Shown: positions 59,251 to 64,000 of the stretch, piece after piece | Layout of the letters: every line of letters starts with the position of its first letter | Numbering within the stretch: the first letter of the stretch is position 1 | NCBI GenBank assembly: GCA_044869275.1 | Contig: JBIOXB010000230.1 | Span: 55,033-119,032 of the forward strand | From: a bacterium | GTDB lineage: Bacteria; Zhuqueibacterota; Zhuqueibacteria; Zhuqueibacterales; Zhuqueibacteraceae | Length of the DNA stretch: 64,000 nucleotides | Reading direction: 5' to 3' | Program-made: the position numbers and the translations under genes | The notes under the pieces: generated by a model | What the model was told of the DNA's origin: nothing | The model's input: the letters and a program-made list of their open reading frames with translations, nothing else | Database searches by the model: none

Positions 59251-59529
59251 TCAAAACCGGCGCCGGGAGAACATGCCGATTAAGGCAACAAATAGTGCCG
59301 ACCCAAGAATTGCCCAGATCACCGGAAAACGCGTCGCGCCCACCCACACTGGCAACAACTCCGGCAAAGCGAAGAGGCGTGCCAGCCAGATGCCGATCAG
59401 CGCGCCAATAAAGCCGGTGGCGATAGCGGCCAGCCAGCCGCCACTCGAATAACCCGTGATCGCCCGGCCGACAGCGCCACAGATTCCGGCGACGAGCAAC
59501 AGGATTAGAAAATCAATCAAAGTCATCAT
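59251..59529 (-). CDS. GlsB/YeaQ/YmgE family stress-response membrane protein
   Basis: Three TM segments; G..GR.ITG, GFIGALIG, IWAILGSAL. Confidence 0.85.
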   Translation of the reverse strand: MMTLIDFLILLLVAGICGAVGRAITGYSSGGWLAAIATGFIGALIGIWLARLFALPELLPVWVGATRFPVIWAILGSALFVALIGMFSRRRF

Positions 59530-59573
59530 GCAACTCCTGAGGTATGATAAGTATCCTTATTTTCGTGGCCAGT

Positions 59574-59900
59574 CTATCTTTTGGCAATCATAAACAGCCC
59601 GCGCAACGCGACGATCGTTGCTGCCGGTGCAAGAAACAATACCAATGCGATATAAATCCGGCTTAGAAACGGACCGACTTCCGGTAACGATCGAATTTGG
59701 GGAGCGGCGAGCGCGGAAATCAGCACTAACCCAAGAGCAATAAACACGAATGTTTGCATTTCTCGCGTGCTGACGTTGAGAATGCCGACCGCCAGACCCA
59801 AGATCGTCAATAGAGGAAGCATCCAATGCGCCGTCATGAACCCCGCGATGACACAGACGGCTACGCCAGCGATAAAAGCAATACTGCCGATTTTCAACAT
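59574..59900 (-). CDS. Hypothetical 4-TM membrane protein
   Basis: Entirely hydrophobic ORF with GAGGTG upstream; co-oriented with its neighbours. Confidence 0.7.
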   Translation of the reverse strand: MLKIGSIAFIAGVAVCVIAGFMTAHWMLPLLTILGLAVGILNVSTREMQTFVFIALGLVLISALAAPQIRSLPEVGPFLSRIYIALVLFLAPAATIVALRGLFMIAKR

Positions 59901-59937
59901 CTCATCACCTCTGCCATTTAGTGGTACTGCCGAACAA

Positions 59938-60393
59938 TTAAAACGTCAGACCGCCGCCCAAGATCAATTGCGTGTCATCCGCCATGAAAACTTTGGCTTG
60001 AATGAACGGGATCACCGGCCTGCGGCTGAAGCTGATGCCGGTGAGCAGATTCAGGCCGGCTTCGGTGTTGTTGATATCTTCGTTGGAATAGTGGCTGATG
60101 CCCAACCCTCCGCCCAAGTAAAAAATGGTGCTGCTGCGCGAGGGAAAGTCATAGTGCACATCGGCATTGATGGTATAATAAGATCCCGTCTCGATGAACA
60201 CGTATTCGAAATTCGGCGTGAACACCCAGTGGCGCTGCACCGGGGCCAACAAATGCGCACCCACGAATCCTTCATCCTGATCCATGTAGGCACCGCCCCG
60301 GACGCCAAAATGCGTCTGTGCATTCGCCGCGTTAAAAGCAGCAGCGCTCAACGCCACCACCACCACGAGCGTGAACAACCATTTGTTCTTCAT
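59938..60393 (-). CDS. Small outer-membrane beta-barrel protein
   Basis: Signal peptide MKNKWLF..; FGVRGG, FYLGGGLG, PFIQAK, C-terminal GGLTF; AGGAG RBS. Confidence 0.82.
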   Translation of the reverse strand: MKNKWLFTLVVVVALSAAAFNAANAQTHFGVRGGAYMDQDEGFVGAHLLAPVQRHWVFTPNFEYVFIETGSYYTINADVHYDFPSRSSTIFYLGGGLGISHYSNEDINNTEAGLNLLTGISFSRRPVIPFIQAKVFMADDTQLILGGGLTF

Positions 60394-60651
60394 CACATCT
60401 CTCCTGATTTGGAATTCATTCTGCAGATTTCTGCCAAAACCTGCTTTGAGTAAAAGTCTGGCAACACACTTTTGTTGCAAGCGCTGCTGCCTCTCTCCAC
60501 AACAATACAAAGTCAAGGCCAAAAATCTTTGCGTGAGGACTCACCAGGCAGTAGACTATTGATTTTTAATCGATTGAATTTGATTTGCGCTGGCAAGAGG
60601 AGGGGGAACAAGTGGATGGTCGAGAAGGGATTTCGTGTAGTTTTTACATAT

Positions 60652-61425
60652 TCAAATCAGTCCAACACCCAAGCCCACGGCAATGAGGAACAACAAGATC
60701 GAGACCAAAACTTGGATGGCCTGCAGCGTGGTTTTCTTGACCAGGCGATTGCCCAGGTAAGCTCCGGCGAAGGCAGAAAGCGTGGCGGTCAAGAGCAATG
60801 CGCCGTGCTCGCGCCAAGCCAGCGAAGAAAAGTGTGTGGCATAAACTGCAAGGCGGGAAACATCGACCAGGCATGCAATCACGGCGCCGGTGGCGATATA
60901 ACTTTCTTTGGTCAAACCGCTGCGAATGAGAAAGGCGCTGCGCAACGCACCTTGGTGCCCCGCCAGCCCGCCGAAAAATCCGCTTAACAATCCCCCCCAC
61001 GGCAAATATTTTCGATCGAAAGACAGATTCTTGCAGCGCGGCAGAACTTCGAATAGCGCGAAGCAGATCAACAAAAGCGCCATGACGAGATTGAGCGGCA
61101 TGACAAAAAATTCACGGCCGGAGAACTTGTAAGCAGCCCAAGACGGCAAATGTGCCAGCTGCACCAATACTTGCGCGCCTGCAAACGAAGCGACAAGTGC
61201 CGGGAGGCCGAATTTCAAAACCACGGATTTGTCGGCATTTTTGCCCACCAAAATCAGCTTGAAAAGATTATTCAGGAAATGCACGACGGCGGTCAAGGCC
61301 ACGGCGATGTTGACCGGAAAGAAGAAGGCAAACGCAGGCAGCAACAACGTCCCCAAGCCGAAGCCGGAAAACAAGGTCAGGCCGGAGGTGAGAAATGCAG
61401 CTAAGCTGATGATGAGGTATTGCAC
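60652..61425 (-). CDS. TauE/SafE (TSUP) family transporter
   Basis: SGFGLGTLLLP, SGFFGGLAGHQGALRS; about 8 TM segments. Confidence 0.85.
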   Translation of the reverse strand: MQYLIISLAAFLTSGLTLFSGFGLGTLLLPAFAFFFPVNIAVALTAVVHFLNNLFKLILVGKNADKSVVLKFGLPALVASFAGAQVLVQLAHLPSWAAYKFSGREFFVMPLNLVMALLLICFALFEVLPRCKNLSFDRKYLPWGGLLSGFFGGLAGHQGALRSAFLIRSGLTKESYIATGAVIACLVDVSRLAVYATHFSSLAWREHGALLLTATLSAFAGAYLGNRLVKKTTLQAIQVLVSILLFLIAVGLGVGLI

Positions 61426-61439
61426 GGATTCCTGGTTTA

Positions 61440-61502
61440 CAATTCACAATTATCAATTCACAATTATCAATTGTCAATTGATAATTGTGAATTGTCAATT
61501 GA
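61440..61502. repeat. Heptamer (CAATTNN) palindromic array
   Basis: Nine 7-bp units; 61454-61473 is the perfect reverse complement of 61475-61494. Confidence 0.85.
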
Positions 61503-61511
61503 CAGAAGTGA

Positions 61512-62108
61512 TTATTGTACGCGCATAGATTTCACCAATTCATCAAAACTTGGCCGCCAGTGCGCGATCGTGGGCTCCGGGCCGGTGGCCTTGAAAAACC
61601 ATGGGCCGTTGGCGGTTTCCACAATCGCCGCGAGCATGGCAGAGTTGGGTTTTTCGTCTACCGGGCCGCCCATCATCATCGGCGATTGCGGCTTCAGATA
61701 AATGCCGGTAACATGGGTGACGGTTACGGCCAAGCCGTTCACGTCGACTTTTTGAATGTGTGCGCGCTCTTTCGTCGCGGAGCCGTCGGGCTGCTTGAAC
61801 TGGCCATACCATCTATCCAAATTGGCTTGCACCGAACCGCCGGTGCCGGGGAAGAAAAAGACCGCCAATTCGGCATCCTCGTTGCCCTCCACGCCCGGCC
61901 AGCGAAATTCTGCCTTGCGCATTTGACTGCTCGGCTGCTGCGCGACCCAGCCCGAGGGCGCGGTGTACAGCACCTCGCCTGCCGGCGGTGCCGGCACCGT
62001 CGCTGCCGCCATTTGCGATTGTGATTCCTGCTTTTCCTTGGATTTGCAGCCGCTCAGGATGAACGGCAAGACCAAAATGGCAAGAACGCTATGGCAGGCG
62101 CTTTTCAT
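61512..62108 (-). CDS. Hypothetical lipoprotein
   Basis: Lipobox ILSGC; PSGW..QPSSQMRKA, GGSVQANLDRWYGQF, WFFKATGP. Confidence 0.8.
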   Translation of the reverse strand: MKSACHSVLAILVLPFILSGCKSKEKQESQSQMAAATVPAPPAGEVLYTAPSGWVAQQPSSQMRKAEFRWPGVEGNEDAELAVFFFPGTGGSVQANLDRWYGQFKQPDGSATKERAHIQKVDVNGLAVTVTHVTGIYLKPQSPMMMGGPVDEKPNSAMLAAIVETANGPWFFKATGPEPTIAHWRPSFDELVKSMRVQ

Positions 62109-62130
62109 CTCTCACTCCTTTGCATTGTGT

Positions 62131-62889
62131 TCATCGAAACGAATCAATTATAAGTTGAATCGAAAACAGAATCACGGTGACGATGACGAAACCGCGAATC
62201 CAATCGTGGCCTTTTTTCACGGCGTAGCGCGTGGCCAGCCAGCCGCCGAGCGCGTTGCCCAGGCCGAGCACACCGCCCAGGGCGTAATTCACCTGTTGAT
62301 GCCAAATAAACACCGCCAGCGCGGCAATGGTGAAAATGAAAACGACAAAAACCTTCACCGCATTGATGGCCACCAAATCAAAACCGTCCAGCAGCATCAA
62401 CAGAATGATCAAAAAGCCCACGCCTGCCTGGATGAATCCGCCGAACAATCCCACGCCGAAAAAAGCAACGGCAAAAAATATTCCGCGCCGTAAGGTCAAA
62501 GGCTGTCGCTGCGCGCGCAAGCGTTTGGCCGGATCGAAAATCATCAAGAGCAACACCCCGATCATAATGCCGGCCAGCAGGCGCTTGAACACGTCGTCTG
62601 GGACCTCGATCGCAAGCTGCGCGCCGATGACCGCGCCGGCGATCGCGGGCAGAGCCGCGAGCACACTGACGCGCCAGGGGAAAACATTCTGTTGATGAAA
62701 GCCGGCAATGGCCGCAACATTCTGAATCAAAATGCCGATGCGGTTGGTGCCATTGGCCACGGCGGAGGGCAAGCCGAGAAAGATCAGCACAGGCAGCGTC
62801 AACAGCGAGCCGCCGCCCGCGAGAATGTTGATAAAGCCGCAAATCACGCCGACGCTAAAGAGAATGAGCAGTTGCAGCGGCAGGGGCAT
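62131..62889 (-). CDS. TauE/SafE (TSUP) family transporter
   Basis: INILAGGGSLLTLP, ANGTNR, GGFIQAGVG. Confidence 0.9.
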   Translation of the reverse strand: MPLPLQLLILFSVGVICGFINILAGGGSLLTLPVLIFLGLPSAVANGTNRIGILIQNVAAIAGFHQQNVFPWRVSVLAALPAIAGAVIGAQLAIEVPDDVFKRLLAGIMIGVLLLMIFDPAKRLRAQRQPLTLRRGIFFAVAFFGVGLFGGFIQAGVGFLIILLMLLDGFDLVAINAVKVFVVFIFTIAALAVFIWHQQVNYALGGVLGLGNALGGWLATRYAVKKGHDWIRGFVIVTVILFSIQLIIDSFR

Positions 62890-62933
62890 CGTCTATAAAC
62901 TCGAAATTCAAATTTCAAAATCCAAAACGGCAT

Positions 62934-63488
62934 TCACTTCGCGCCCAACGCACGCGGGTCGTCGATTATTTTGGTCTCTTGCGCATAGGGCACGAACCCC
63001 GCACGTTGGTAAAAGGCCAAAGCGCGAGGATGGTCCAGGGTGCACGTGTGCAGCCAGAATCGCCGCGGCGAGCGCGACCATACCCTGGCAATGACCTCGT
63101 CGATCAGAAAAGCGCCGAGGCCCCTGCCAATGCACTCGGGCATCAAACCAAAATAAGCCAGCTCGATATCCGGCATCTGGCGCAATTCCAATTCCGCGTA
63201 ACCCGCGGGCGCGCCACCGGCGTACAAAACATAAATTTCGGTTTGGGGAGAATGAATGATCTCACGCAACGCCTCATCGCTCATTTGCCGCCGTTCATAC
63301 CATAGCCACGGTTGCCCGACGGTGTTGTACAGAAAACGATAGAACGGAACCGTGGGTTGGAGCACACGCCAGATAAACGGGTTTTCTTCTCGGGCTGTTC
63401 TTGCGGACGGCTGTGGCTTGGCGAGCATTTCGAGATAGGTGATGGTGACTTGAATTTTGCTGAGGCCCGAATTTGATTTGTCGCTCAT
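62934..63488 (-). CDS. GNAT family N-acetyltransferase
   Basis: YFGLMPECIGRGLG, WLHTCTLDHPRALAFYQRAGF. Confidence 0.9.
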   Translation of the reverse strand: MSDKSNSGLSKIQVTITYLEMLAKPQPSARTAREENPFIWRVLQPTVPFYRFLYNTVGQPWLWYERRQMSDEALREIIHSPQTEIYVLYAGGAPAGYAELELRQMPDIELAYFGLMPECIGRGLGAFLIDEVIARVWSRSPRRFWLHTCTLDHPRALAFYQRAGFVPYAQETKIIDDPRALGAK

Positions 63489-64000
63489 GGAGGGATTGTT
63501 TTAGAAATACCCATCAAACACTTTCATGAGAGATAGCCGCGAATGCTTGCGCGGGCGTCGAGTTGCCAGTACCATAGCGATCAAAAATGCTCGAGAAAAT
63601 CCATTGATTGCGCTAATGATATATATTATCTTTTCAGGATGCAACATTTTTTTGGCCGCAGCAGAACGGATTTGCGGGCTAGAGCTTCCGGGTTTATCTT
63701 TGCAATGTTTGTAACTATTCAGGTGCAAATTGAAAGGCAAAACTATTTAGGGCAAAACAATTGATATGGGCCATTGGGCAGGAAAATTCAGAAAAAATTC
63801 TAAAAGTTTTATAGCAAAATAATTTAATGGCAAAATGATTTGAAATAATTTTGCCACTAAATCATCTTGCCTAAAGCCTGGCTTCGACAGTGATAGGGCA
63901 AATTTTCATCAAAATTGTGCGATTGGCGTAGGGTTCAGCACTTCAAAACCCGGAAACCTGTAGGCACACGTTTTTGCATGGCTACTTGATTTTCCAGTAT

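Noticed and set aside
61268..61498. ORF beginning MTIHNYQLTIDNCELIIVNC
   Set aside because: It is a translation of the heptamer array and overlaps the TauE gene
42935..61502. CRISPR array interpretation of the repeat tracts, or a Craspase-type link to the CHAT gene
   Set aside because: Units are 7 bp with no unique spacers, and no cas genes are present
63501..63764. Short ORFs in the AT-rich right end
   Set aside because: Overlapping, motif-free and in a promoter/repeat-like region

Overview
GC-rich diderm bacterial chromosome segment. The LpxC-FabZ fusion, the uppS-bamA-skp-lpxD-lpxC/fabZ-lpxA order and secreted proteins ending in an NYPNPF sorting domain suggest an FCB-related lineage such as KSB1 (inference). 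Bases 1-28000 (minus strand) form a Wzx/Wzy-type polysaccharide locus that is rich in tailoring enzymes: four sulfotransferases, APS kinase, three cytoplasmic AlkP-superfamily proteins, a carbamoyltransferase with SxtJ/SxtK-like partners and a Trm112-like methyltransferase, but only two glycosyltransferases. The locus ends in two secreted PHP-fold (DUF3604-like) hydrolases and runs off the left edge. Bases 28600-46600 are housekeeping and envelope genes (lolA, ftsK, gcvT, aminotransferase, rseP, dxr, lipoate ligase family, lpxA, lpxC/fabZ, lpxD, skp, bamA, uppS). Bases 46650-64000 hold an S8 protease, an M23 peptidase, a NUDIX hydrolase, a small unknown protein followed by a CHAT-TM-TolB-like-TPR protein with an intact catalytic dyad, an amidase lipoprotein, EVE, small outer-membrane proteins, two TauE transporters and a GNAT. 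Intergenic spaces contain REP-like palindromes, two 130-bp MITE-like elements and 7-bp-period palindromic arrays; two such arrays lie inside signal-peptide coding sequence. No rRNA, tRNA, CRISPR array or transposase was seen. All family calls come from motif recognition by eye, not from database searches.
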